A stretch of 64,000 bases of DNA from Mobula hypostoma (lineage: Eukaryota), in contig NC_086097.1 of assembly GCF_963921235.1 (NCBI RefSeq), positions 196,480,001 through 196,544,000 on the forward strand, written 5' to 3'. Shown piece by piece: positions 53,305 to 64,000 of this stretch (within the stretch, counting starts at the first letter, position 1; every line of letters starts with the position of its first letter). The notes below the pieces were generated by a model. It worked only from the letters and a program-made list of their open reading frames with translations, ran no database searches and was not told where the DNA came from. The translations under genes and the position numbers were made by a program.

Positions 53305-53442
53305 CTATCAGAATAACAGGTCTCACTCCAGAATTATTCAATAAGTTTTCAGGGATGATTACAGTTTCCCCTGCGGGGATTGGTTGCGGCTGCAAAACTC
53401 CAGATGGCATGGACTGAGTAACAGGCACAGGTAGTGCAGCAT
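53305..53442 (-). CDS. GREB1L: GREB1L exon 4 (138 nt): AALPVPVTQ...PIPAGETVIIPENLLNNSGVRPVILI
   Basis: Strong peptide match; ctgtag acceptor, G|gtacgt donor. Confidence 0.93.
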
Positions 53443-54271
53443 CTACAGAGACAAATGGTGCACAAGCACAATATTCTCAGTTTTCCTTAAAACTACTATG
53501 TTAAAATGAAATTCTTAAACAGCAATTCCTAAACTAGTATCTGCGTTTTCTGGTACTAAAATTAACAAATTGATTTATCAAATCTTTAAATTCCTATTAA
53601 TATGATAAACACCGTTAAAACTGTAAAGCTGGGAGGTGAAATGAAAAGGAAGTTTCTGGGAACCTTGAGGAATTTGCAGCAGTGTCGGTGTGGGTCTGGG
53701 AATGTAAGACTTCAACACTACAATTCATCAAGAGTGTGTGAAGGAAGCCTTAGTTTTTAAAAGAGAATTCTCCTTCCACTATTAAGAACTCAGAAAATTA
53801 CCCAAACAATATAATCGAGTCAATATAATTTTACCTTATTAAAACTACTTAAACAGTGCTTAACAAGCAATTCGCATTAATTTCCAATGGAGTCATAATA
53901 ATTGTTACATCAGAAAAGATCACTTGCAATACTGATGCAAGGTTTCAACCCAAAACATAGACAACTCCTTCCCCTCACTCCCCCACTACAGATGCTGCAT
54001 GAAACACAAAGTTCCTCCAGTAGATTTCTCCAGATTTCAGCATCCGCATCACAAGACTGTCTAGAAAGGAAATTTAATACAGCAACATATAGGTGGGCAA
54101 ATGAACAAAAGCTTGACCAAAAATGCAAATTTTAAGAAGAAGGAGGTACTAAAAAGTCAGATAAATTTAAGGACAGGCTAGGATCTGGGCAACTGACAGC
54201 ATGGTTATCAGTGATGGAGCAATATAATTGTGGAGGCTAGAAATGTAGAAGCATAGATATCATGTAGAGTC

Positions 54272-57200
54272 AGAATTAGAATCAGGTTTAATATCAATGG
54301 TATACCTTGTGAAATAAATTGGTTTGAGCCTGCAGTACATAATAATAAAAATACTATAAATTACAATATAATTATAATTATAATTATTATAAATTACACT
54401 GGCCTGTGGAACGTGGCCAGTGAAGGAGTGGAGCTTTGAAGCTTTGCCTCGAGAGGCTTTGACAAGAAGAGGCGGACAAGCTTGCTCGCAGTTAGTCTTT
54501 ACAATGTCTCCTGAGACGGTGATGTGCCTCTCATGTGAGATGTGGCAGTCGAGGGGGAATGCCCCACTCCCACAGAGTCACATCTGCCAGAAGTGCATAC
54601 GGCTGGGCGATCTGGAAGACCATGTAAGGAATCTGGAGCAGCACCTGGATGACCTTCGACTCATAAGGGAAAATGAGGCAGTCATAGATGAGAGCTATAG
54701 GGAGGTAGTCACACCTAGGCTGTCGGAAGCAGGTCGTTGGGTGACAGTCAGAGGGGGGAAAGCGAAGGTGAGCAGACAGGTAGTGCGGAGCACCCCTGTA
54801 GCCATTCCCCTGAATAATAAGTTTACCATCCTGGATACTGTTGGCGGGGACAACCGACCAGGTGTGAGCCACGGTGGCAGGGCCTCCAGCACTGAGTCTG
54901 ACCCTGTGGTGCAGAAGCGTGGGACGGAGAAGAGGAGAGTGTTGTCATTGGAGATTCTATAGTCAGGGGAGCAGACAGGAGATTTTATGGACATGAGAAG
55001 GACACCCACATAGTTTGTTGCCTCCCGGGTGCCAGGGTCCGGGATGTCTCTGACCGGGTGCACGACATCCTGGTATGAGAAGGAAAACAACCAGAAGTCG
55101 TGATACATGTTGGGACCAATGACATAGGCAGGAAGAAGGATGAGGTCCTGAAGTGTGAGTTTCGGGAACTAGGCAGAAGGTGAAGAACAGGACCTCAAGG
55201 GTGGCGTTTTCAGGATTGCTACCAGTGCTACGTGACAGTAATGGTAAGAATTGGAGGAGACGGCAGTTGAATGCGTGGCTGAGGAGTTGGTGCAGGGAGC
55301 AGGGTTTTAGATTTTTGGATCACTGGGATCTCTTCTGGGGAAGGTGGGACCTGTACAGATTGGATTGATTGGCACCTGATTAGTTCCAAGGGTTTAGATG
55401 GGGCAGAGTTTGTTAAGTGTGTACAGGATGGATTCCTGTCACAGTATGTGGACAGGCCGACTAGGGGGAATGCCATACTAGAACTAGTACTAGGTAATGA
55501 ACCAGGTCAGGTCACAGATCTCTCAGTGGGTGAGCATCTGGGGGATAGTGACCACCGCTCCCTGGCCTTTAGCATTATCATGGAAAAGGATAGAATCACA
55601 GAGAACAGGAAAATTTTTAATTGTGGAAGGGCAAATTATGAGGCTATAAGGCTAGAGCTTGCGGGTGTGAATTGGGATGATGTTTTTGCAGGGAAATGTA
55701 CTATGGACATGTGGTCGATGTTTAGAGATCTCTTGCGGGATGTTAGGGATAAATTTGTCCCAGTGAGGAAGATAGAGAATGGTAGGGTGAAGGAACCATG
55801 GATGACAAGTGAGGTGGAAAATCTAGTCAGGTGGAAGAAGGCAGCATACATGAGGTTTAGGAAGCAGGGATCAGATGGGTCTATTGAGGAATATAGGGAA
55901 GCAAGAAAGGAGCTTAAGAAGGGGCTGAGAAGAGCAAGAAGGGGGCATGAGAAGGCCTTGGCGAGTAGGGTAAAGGAAAACCCCAAGGCATTATTTAATT
56001 ATGTGAAGAAAAAAAGGATGACAGGAGTGAAGGTAGGACCGATTAGAGATAAAGGTGGGAAGATGTGCCTGGAGGCTGTGGAAATGAGGGAGGTCCTCAA
56101 TGAATACTTCTCTTCGGTATTCACCAATGAGAGGGAACTTGATCATGGTGAGGACAATATGAGTGAGGTTGATGTTCTGGAGCATGTTGATATTAAGGGA
56201 GAGGAAGTGTTGGAGTTGTTAAAATACATTAGTACGGATAAGTCCCCAGGGCCTGACGGAATATTCCCCAGGCTGCTCTACGAGGCGAGGGAAGAGATTG
56301 CTGAGCCGCTGGCTAGGATCTTTATGTCCTCGTTGTCCACAGGAATGGTACCGGAGGATTGGAGGGAGGCGAATGTTGTCCCCTCGTTCAAAAAAGGTAG
56401 TAGGGATAGTCTGGGTAATTATAGACCAGTGAGCCTTACATCTGTGGTGGGAAAGCTGTTGGAAAAGATTCTTAGAGATAGGATCTATGGGCATTTAGAG
56501 AATCATGGTCTAATCAGGGACAGTCAGCATGGCTTTGTGAAGGGCAGATCGTGTCTAACAAGCCTGATAGAGTTCTTTGAGGAGGTGACCAGGCATATAG
56601 ATGAGGGTAGTGCAGTGGATGTGATCTATATGGAGTTTAGTAGGGCATTTGACAAGGTTCCACACAGTAGGCTTATTCAGAAAGTCAGAAGGCATGGGAT
56701 CCAGGGAAGTTTGGCCAGGTGGATTCAGAATTGGCTTGCCTGCAGAAGGCAGAGGGTCGAAGTGGAGGGACTACATTCAGATTGGAGGATTGTGACTAGT
56801 GGTGTCCCACAAGGATTTGTTCTGGGACCTCTACTTTTCGTTATTTTTATTAACGACCTGGATGCGGGGGTTGAAGGGTGGGTTGGCAAGGTTGCAGACG
56901 ACACAAAGGTTGCTGGTGTTGTAGATAGTGTAGAGGATTGTCAAAGATTGCAGAGAGACATTGATAGGATGCAGAAGTGGGCTGAGAAGTGGCAGATGGA
57001 GTTCAACCCAGAGAAGTGTGAGGTGGTACACTTTGGAAGGACAAACTCCAAGGCAGAGTACAAAGTAAATGGCAGGATACTTGGTAGTGTGGAGGAGCGG
57101 AGGAGCAGAGGGATCTGGTGGTACATGTCCACAGATCCCTGAAAGTTGCCTCACAGGTGGATAGGGTAGTTAAGAAAGCTTATGGGGTGTTAGCTTTCAT

Positions 57201-58140
57201 AAGTCAAGGGATAGAGTTTAAGAGTCGTGATGTAATGATGCAGCTCTACAAAACTCTGGTTAGGCCACACTTGGAGTACTGTATCCAGTTCTGGTTGCCT
57301 CACTATAGGAAGGCTGTGGAAGCTTTGGAAAGGGTACAGAGGAGATTTACCAGGATGCTGTCTGGTTTAGAGAGTATGCATTATGATCAGAGATTAAGGG
57401 AGCTAGGGCTTTACTCTTTGGAGAGAAGGAGGATGAGAGGAGGCATGATAGAGGTGTACAAGATAATAAGAGGAATAGATAGAGTGGACAGCCAGCGCCT
57501 CTTCCCCAGGGCACCACTGCTCAATACAAGAGGACATGGCTTTAAGGTAAGGGGTGGGAAGTTCAAGGGGGATATTAGAGGAAGGATTTTTACACAGAGA
57601 GTCGTTGGTGTGTGGGATGCACTACCTGAGTCAGTGGTGGAGGCAGATACACTAGTGAAGTTTGACAGACTACTAAACAGGTACATGGAGGAATTTAAGG
57701 TGGGGGCTTATATGGGAGGCAGGGTTTGAGGGTCAGCACAACATTGTGGGCCGAAGGGCCTGTACTGTGCTGTACTATTCTATGTTCTATGAACTATATG
57801 TGTATAAAAATAAATTAAGTAGTGTGAAAAGAGATGGACAATATACTGAAATAGTGTTCATTGATTCATTGTCCATTCAGAAATCTGACGACAGATGGGC
57901 AAGACACTGTTCCTGAAATGTTGAGTGCGTGTCTTCAGACTCCTGCTCTTCGTTCTCCAGGGTAGCAATAAGAAGGCATGTCCTGGGTGATGGAGATCCT
58001 TCAGGATGGAGTTGGCTGAGTTTACAACTTTTTTCGATCCTGTGCAGTGGCCCCTCCATACCAGAGATCCAACCAGTTAGAACGTTCTCCACATCTGTAG
58101 AAATTTGTGAGTATCTTCCTGAAACTCGTTATGAAATAGT
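54272..58140 (-). mobile_element. Old Rex1/Babar 3' fragment split by the CR1 insertion (about 54272-54398 and 57792-58140)
   Basis: agaattagaatcaggttt is the reverse of the ctgattctga tail seen at 19540; the 57877-58092 ORF has remnants of the C-terminus. Confidence 0.65.
54399..57791 (+). mobile_element. Near-full-length but defective CR1 LINE (ORF1 zinc finger and SGNH esterase; ORF2 RT)
   Basis: ORF1: CLSCEMW..HICQKC, VIGDSIVRG, CCLPGARV, HVGTNDIG. ORF2 at 55448-57729 has RT motifs (VADDTK). Most of the APE domain is deleted near 55367, and there is a frameshift near 57098. Confidence 0.95.
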
Positions 58141-58736
58141 GTTGTTAGATGATGGATAACTCCAAAGAAATAGTAAGGCAAAGGAATGGAAGAATTTGAA
58201 AAGAAGAACTTAAAATTGAGGAGCTTTTCATTTGGGAGTCATTGAGCAAAGAGGTGATAACTGAATAGAACTTGGTGCAGGAAAGTAGAGCTTTAGATCA
58301 CAACTTTAGTCAGGGCAGAAGATGGGAAATCATCCAGGAAATCTTTGAAACAGTCAAGTACATCATAACAAAAATAAGGATTTCAACTGCAGCTCAGCAG
58401 TGTCAGCAAAGGTGGAATCAGGTAGCTACGGGAATAAAGGCAATAGTCAGAACTTCACCCTATGATTGAACGTCCAGATAACCTCCTGGGATAGGAGTAA
58501 CGGTGTAGGGCCTGAGTCTGAGGTGGGAACCAAAGTCTGTGGTTTCCTTTTTGCTTCAGTAAAGGAGTACATGTCACCATATACCCCTTTACAATGTGTT
58601 TTCAGAAAATATCACCGAGGCCAAAATCTAAATGAGAAATAAGAGCTCCCTGACAAACTCGATATTAGAGTAGTCATACACCAAGCAGTTCTGCAGCTCT
58701 AAAAGAGATGCAAATGTGGTTTTGGACACATCTTAC

Positions 58737-58853
58737 CAGATCTCGGCACTGGTCTCACAGCTGGAACAGGGACTACTGTGGGAGCAGCATTCGGAGAGCC
58801 TGGAGACCACCCACGATGGCGCTTCTTAGGTGGCCCAGAGCTTGTCATAATGC
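58737..58853 (-). CDS. GREB1L: GREB1L exon 3 (117 nt): [20 protein letters not shown]...[12 protein letters not shown]
   Basis: Conserved [10 protein letters not shown] motif; ttgcag acceptor, G|gtaag donor. Not in the ORF track. Confidence 0.93.
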
Positions 58854-60137
58854 CTGCAAGTATTATGAAGTATTATTTAGGGATGAATTTTTGCATCCTT
58901 GAGAAAGCAAATAGTTACATTTCATTACATAACTCATACTATTACTATACAATGAATAACATGGATATAGTAAGTAATTGGATAGATGAAATAATTGTTG
59001 AGACCTCATAAAAACATTAAAAAGTGCTCATACAAGACGGCCTTTCAAGCCTGTAAACTATTCAATATCATGAAACTCATTTCCCTTTAAAGTCCCTCAG
59101 GCACAAAATTTCTCTGTACTTCAAGAATCAAACTCTGCCTTGAAATAACTCAGCATTCACATTACCCCGAGGTGAAGAAATCAATGATCTACAACCCTGA
59201 GAGGAGAAATTCATTCTCATTTCAGAATTAAGTGGTCAGCCCCAATTCTACCTTGGTCTGCCTTAAGGAAAACATTCCCACAGCATCTATCCTAGCAACA
59301 TGCCCCTCAGAATATTACATGATTTTATAGATCCCATGTTATCCTTCAGAGTGCAAAGCAGAATTCTGTTCAATCTTTCGTCATCAGATAGACCTTCAGA
59401 TATGATCTAACCAAAGTTCTATACAATGAAGCAGCGTCAACTGCAGGACTTTTGGGGCATCGTAATTACCTTTGTGTAGATGAATAACAAAATCAAACAA
59501 GGTGTCCATTCATATGATTCAAAAGACTCCAGTTAGACAATGCAAAATGCATGGCAAAATTTGGAATCCTGTTACCTCATTATGTAGCTAAATTAGTGTA
59601 AGATAATCCTGTATTTAAAATGTTTTCACTCGATTTCAATATCACAGTAGATCCAAAAATTATCACTTATTCAATCCCAATTCTTCGATCTGCCTTTCTA
59701 TTTCAATAGCATGATAATTTTATATTAGTTTCTTTGATGTGTTAGTTTTGGCTCAGCGTCGATTCCGTTTCTGAGTATGATGAATGGAGGCTCAGGCTCT
59801 CTTTAGAGATAGGAGCTCACCAGCCTTCCTGCAGCAGTGAGAATGTGCAAAGTTTGAAGCGCATTCTATCAGACATCTACCCTCTCAGATGAGTGGAAGA
59901 TTACAACAGATTATTCCTTATACTTGGCCAACATTTATCCATAACCAAACATAAATAAAACAAATGTTATCATGGACTATGAACTTCACCTAAAAAAACA
60001 ATCAGTCTTGTATTGGACAGTTTGCAAACCTAGGAGTTAAGTTACTGGATTAGCAGCCAGAAGCTAGGATTTGACTTCCATCATGGCACCCAGTAAATTC
60101 GAAATCAAGAGATTAAATAAATCTGGTATAAAATTGA

Positions 60138-60375
60138 GGGCTGGATGGTAGTGTAATGCTATTCAGCGCCAGGTACCCATTCCATTGCTGACTGTAAAGA
60201 ATTTGCACATTTTCCCCCTGACAGTGTGGGTTTCCTCCAGGTGCTATGATTGCCTCCCACATTCCATCCATAGGTTAAATGGTTACGTGGGTGTAATTGG
60301 GCACCGAGGGCTCATTGGGAAGGAAGGACCTGTTATCATGTTGTACAGTATATCTAAACAAACAGATAGGTAGAT
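60138..60375 (+). mobile_element. V-SINE (HE1-like) tRNA-derived SINE, nested in an older SINE
   Basis: V-domain-like core tttgcacattttccccctgacagtgtgggtttcctccaggtgct...cctcccacattcc followed by a CR1-like 3' tail. Confidence 0.6.
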
Positions 60376-61090
60376 AGGAGCTAATTTCAAAAACAGTGAT
60401 CACAAAGCTATCCTGTAATCATAAAAAACCATCTTGTTAGCAAATGTTGCTCAGGTTAAGAAAATCTCCAATCTTCTCAAGTCTGGCTTAAGTATAAATT
60501 CAAACGTATAGCAATCTGTAGCCCTATCCCAAGAGACCAGCACTTGGCTTGGCCAGATGCAAACTAAACCTAGTTTGGAACTGGTAGTCATGATACAGTG
60601 AGGTGAAAAACCAACTGTAAATGGTGCCCCTTTAAAAAGAGTTACACCCCTTTACATTCAGCATGTTGTACCATTCCAATCCAATCTACCAGAGCTACCT
60701 TGCATCCTGTCAATTTCCATGAATCCTGTACACCACTAGTTAAATTACATCAAAAGCCTATTTGTAGTAAAGAAATCTGATTTGCATCTACACGAGGTGT
60801 CCTGCAGAACAAAGGCAAGATTCGGAAATTCAAACTCCTTGGCCAAACCCTTCCTGCCCGCACAAAAATTAAATATAAAGGAAATCTTCACAATGTATTT
60901 TACACAAAATGTTCTGAATAAAAAACTGCTATTTGGCTCATGGAAAAAAAAGTGCAAGCTGTACATGAAATCATTTAATAAGTACCTGTTTATGGCTCCT
61001 CAGTAATGTCTCTGAAAAATTGTTAAACTGCTTATAACGTTACAACTGTGTTATAATGCGCAGTTGTTGAAAATCACAACATGATCTTAC

Positions 61091-61249
61091 TGTTTTCTCC
61101 TGATGTCAAGCCGGGACTTGATGAAGTTGGAAGAAGTTGAGGTCGAGACAAAGAAGCATTGAAAACGTTGGATTTCCCAGCAGTGCCATTACTATTGGTA
61201 TTACCATTAACTCGCACAGACCCAGGTGACTGGTTATTTGGGCAAGGAG
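61091..61249 (-). CDS. GREB1L: GREB1L exon 2 (159 nt): PCPNNQSPGSVRVNGNTNSNGTAGKS...LTSGEN
   Basis: gtgcag acceptor, A|gtaag donor, phase 1-1, open frame; weak similarity to the NGN..GK..SG segment of GREB1L. Not in the ORF track. Confidence 0.72.
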
Positions 61250-61905
61250 CTGCACAAGATAGAAATGTTATGAAAGAAGCATTTATGCTAATTACTTTAG
61301 AGCAGAACAGCTAAATGAAAATTGCATCTACCAGGCCTACATAAACACATGTTATTGATGGTGCTGAAATAGAATGGACCCCTAGCTTTGCTTTGACATT
61401 ATCACAGAACTTTGGATGTCTTTACTTGATGCTTATTCACACATACTGTACTAGCTTAAGCGGTAAGGAAGAAACGAGTGTAAAGATTTTGAGAAATGAG
61501 GAATATGAAAGAATGTTAGTATATAATGTTATCTTAGAGCATAGATTTCCTCAGGGTGCTTCAGTTTCTTGTGCCCCACACCTAGCAAGGAGAAAGGGCA
61601 GGGTACAATTGGGGAGGACACTGCAAAGTCCTTAATCAGTGGTGGTGCTGAAGTTTTAAAGTTTCAGATTTTACTAAACAGAAAACAGTAAAGAAGTTAA
61701 TAATGTTAATACTGGAAAATAATCTGTTAGAAGAGAGGATAAATAATGAAGTAAAAATCAATACATATAAGTACTGTATATCACATTAAAATTTTACTAG
61801 AACGAAACAAAGATTCAGGTGGGCAATGAAGAGTATAGATGAGATCATCTCTGTAGACAGAAAGTTGCAAGATTTGCTCTGAGATAGAACAAATTAGAAC
61901 AGTAC

Positions 61906-62037
61906 CTGCAGTGAGAGGCTTCACAGGTTGTTGTATGGCCATGGCAAGAGGTTTTGTTATATTTCCACTCCGGGACAGGTCTTGACATCCAGAGAAACTG
62001 GCAGAGGATGCTGCTGAACCATGACTGAACATCGATT
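61906..62037 (-). CDS. GREB1L: GREB1L exon (window exon 1, 132 nt): (E)SMFSHGSAASSASFSGCQ...VKPLT(A)
   Basis: ttatag acceptor, G|gtactg donor, phase 1-1, open frame. It lies in a poorly conserved Ser-rich region, so the call rests on splice signals and position. Confidence 0.7.
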
Positions 62038-62879
62038 CTATAATGTATGAAATATTATAAAACTTAACCTACCATTCTGTACTATAGCCAAAGCTATAGA
62101 GGTGAGTAATTGAAGCTTTCAGAACCTCCTCTTGGTAACACATATTTTGTCCGATAAACAAATTAACTACACTCACAAGAGAATTTTTCCCACTACACTA
62201 AGAGTGAGCAAGCCACTTATAATGGATTATCTTAGTCTAAGAATGTCAGTGCTCTTTTCAATTTGTAGAATATGATTCAACATTTAGTGACATGTTTAAC
62301 CATGTGAAGGATTAACAAAAGCTACTGAAAAGTAAATAGCTATTATGAAATATGAAAACATATTATTAAGTAGATTTTTAAATAAAGCTACGCACAAACC
62401 ATCTAATTTCCTCAAACTGCATGTGGTATATTTTGCTATATTCAGCTATTTTCAATCACACATTTTCAGGCTGTTTTAAATTTGATTGGATGCTGAAAGA
62501 CAAAATGACTATTTATAACTGATCCCTCTGAGAAAGGATACAAAGACATAATGAGGTACAACTTTGGAGCTGCAGAAGGCCCAAGGATTAATCAATTAAT
62601 CATTGGTCTGCCCCAAAAAGGCTGATCTCAGGCAAGGCTACAATCAAATGGAAAACCGTAAGAAGTTTGTCAGTTAAGAGTCAATAAGGAGGGGAAAACA
62701 AAACAAAATAAATGCTAAGGAATGATGCTGGACCATTGAAACCACTCAGTCCAATGATCCTACCCCATGTTTTCTGCCTTCAAATTACCTAAGACTTTTT
62801 TCAACCTCCATCTATCTATCTTTCATGTACTTATCTAATAAAACTCTACCTATCTTAATCCTGAAAATCATAAGTAGAT

Positions 62880-63497
62880 CAAAACATAAACATGAGGAAT
62901 TCTGCAGATGCTGGAAATTCAAGCAACACACATCAAAGTTGCTGGTGAACGCAGCAGACCAGGCAGCATCTCTAGGAAGAGGTACAGTCGACGTTTCGGG
63001 CCGAGACCCTTCGTCAGGACTAACTGAGGGAAGAGCTAGTAAGAGATTTGAAAGGAGAAGGGGGAGGGGGAGATCCAAAATGATAGGAGAAGACAGGAGG
63101 GGGAGGGATGGAGCCAAGAGCTGGACAGGTGATTGGCAAAAGGGATATGAGAGGATCATGGGACAGGAGGCCCAGGGAGAAGGAAAAGGGGGATGGGGGG
63201 GAAACCCAGAGGATGGGCAAGGGGTATAGTCAGAGGGACAGAGGGAGAAAAAGGAGAGAGAGAGAGAGAGAGAGAATGTGTGTATAAAAATAAATAACAG
63301 ATGGGGTACGGAGGGAGGTGGGGCATTAGCGGAAGTTAGAGAAGTCGATGTTCATGCCATCAGGTTGGAGGCTACCCAGATGGAATATAAGGTGTTGTTC
63401 CTCCTACCTGAGTGTGGCTTCATCTTTACAGTAGAGGAGGCCGTGGACAGACATATCAGAATGGGAATGGGATGTGGAATTAAAATGGGTGGCCACT
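62880..63497 (-). mobile_element. 5'-truncated Penelope-like element 3' end
   Basis: Highly similar to 35089-35697 (GIY-YIG C-terminus plus terminus). Confidence 0.9.
62985..63021 (-). ncRNA. Minimal type I hammerhead ribozyme motif (intact core)
   Basis: Minus strand reads agtc-CTGACGA-a-gggtctcggccc-GAAA-c-GTC-gactg. Confidence 0.82.
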
Positions 63498-64000
63498 CAA
63501 ATCAAAACACATAGCCACACTGAGTGGTTGTTTAATTATCTAAAGCAATTCAATTAGATTATCCTCTTTTTTGAAAACTTAAGGAAATAGAAACCAGTAT
63601 TTTGGAAGCTGCCTTTCTAAATTAATACTAGAAATGAATGGCCTATTTCTATGTTGTAGTTCTCTATGACTCTAAATTCTTATATACCATTGTTGAGTCT
63701 GCACTACAGTCCTTTCTAGGCTTACTTTCCGAATTTTATGCCTGCATCCAAATACCCATTTCCAGAGTTAGAGCGACCAAGGTTCTATGCAAATTATTCA
63801 TCAATTCTTCATTTCTAAATTCCAGTCTTATTTGAGGTCAATGTTTCATTAAGCTTTAGGATCATTTTTATCCTTTGAACAGTATCAACTTTAGGTCAGT
63901 ACCAAGGACACTTCCTGACACGTGTGATGCATTGTTGTCATTTGGGGCGAGATGGAGGCTGATCTGTTGAGCAGCACTTCTGAAATGTTGGTCAATCTTG

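Larger units (their letters stand above)
6502..62037 (-). other. GREB1L: GREB1-like gene, internal portion (20 coding exons, partial at both ends)
   Basis: Exons splice in frame into peptides matching recalled vertebrate GREB1L. Examples are [55 protein letters not shown] and RQHHADYSN, which fit GREB1L better than GREB1. All junctions are GT-AG with consistent phases. Confidence 0.93.

Noticed and set aside
52955..53428. Apparent GREB1L-CR1 fusion ORF (157 aa)
   Set aside because: Chance read-through from exon 4 across a canonical donor (53304) into an intronic CR1 fragment; nothing in the sequence shows intron retention.
53928..54050. Further hammerhead-like motif (ctgatgcaaggtttcaacccaaaacatagaca)
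   Set aside because: It is probably a PLE-terminal relic, but the core is mutated in both the CUGANGA and GAAA segments, so I do not call it a ribozyme.
55448..57142. 564-aa ORF as a host gene or novel reverse-transcriptase system
   Set aside because: It is ordinary CR1 ORF2 (RT) inside a defective LINE with a frameshift and CR1 tail.
6502..62037. Assignment to GREB1 rather than GREB1L
   Set aside because: Recalled paralogue-diagnostic segments ([44 protein letters not shown]) fit GREB1L better; a phylogeny or synteny check would be decisive.
1..64000. CRISPR arrays, prokaryotic operons, rRNA or tRNA genes
   Set aside because: No regularly spaced repeat-spacer structure or structural RNA gene was seen; the sequence is vertebrate intron/exon DNA.
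1..64000. Estrogen or retinoic-acid response elements (expected from GREB1-family biology)
   Set aside because: Only isolated AGGTCA half-sites were noticed by eye, with no convincing ERE or DR2/DR5 pair; a motif scan would be needed.

Overview
This is eukaryotic (vertebrate) genomic DNA, not prokaryotic. The repeat content (CR1, Rex1/Babar, Penelope-like elements, V-SINE/DeuSINE-like SINEs) suggests a cartilaginous fish, probably a ray (inference). The window holds the middle of one protein-coding gene on the minus strand, GREB1L. I traced 20 internal coding exons (62037 down to 6502; 3860 nt, about 1287 codons), all GT-AG and phase-compatible; the start and stop codons are not among them. 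The introns are filled with nested transposon fragments: CR1 and Rex1/Babar LINEs, Penelope-like elements with GIY-YIG remnants, a decayed Gypsy provirus plus a solo LTR, and hAT- and Tigger-type MITEs. The most interesting non-obvious signals are several minimal hammerhead-ribozyme motifs in Penelope-like termini (two with an intact core, one of them sense to the GREB1L pre-mRNA), a perfect 96-bp templated insertion, and a palindromic iterative-synthesis scar. I found no convincing wholly novel system. Family and gene assignments come from recalled motifs, not database searches, and repeat boundaries without a TSD or TIR are approximate.
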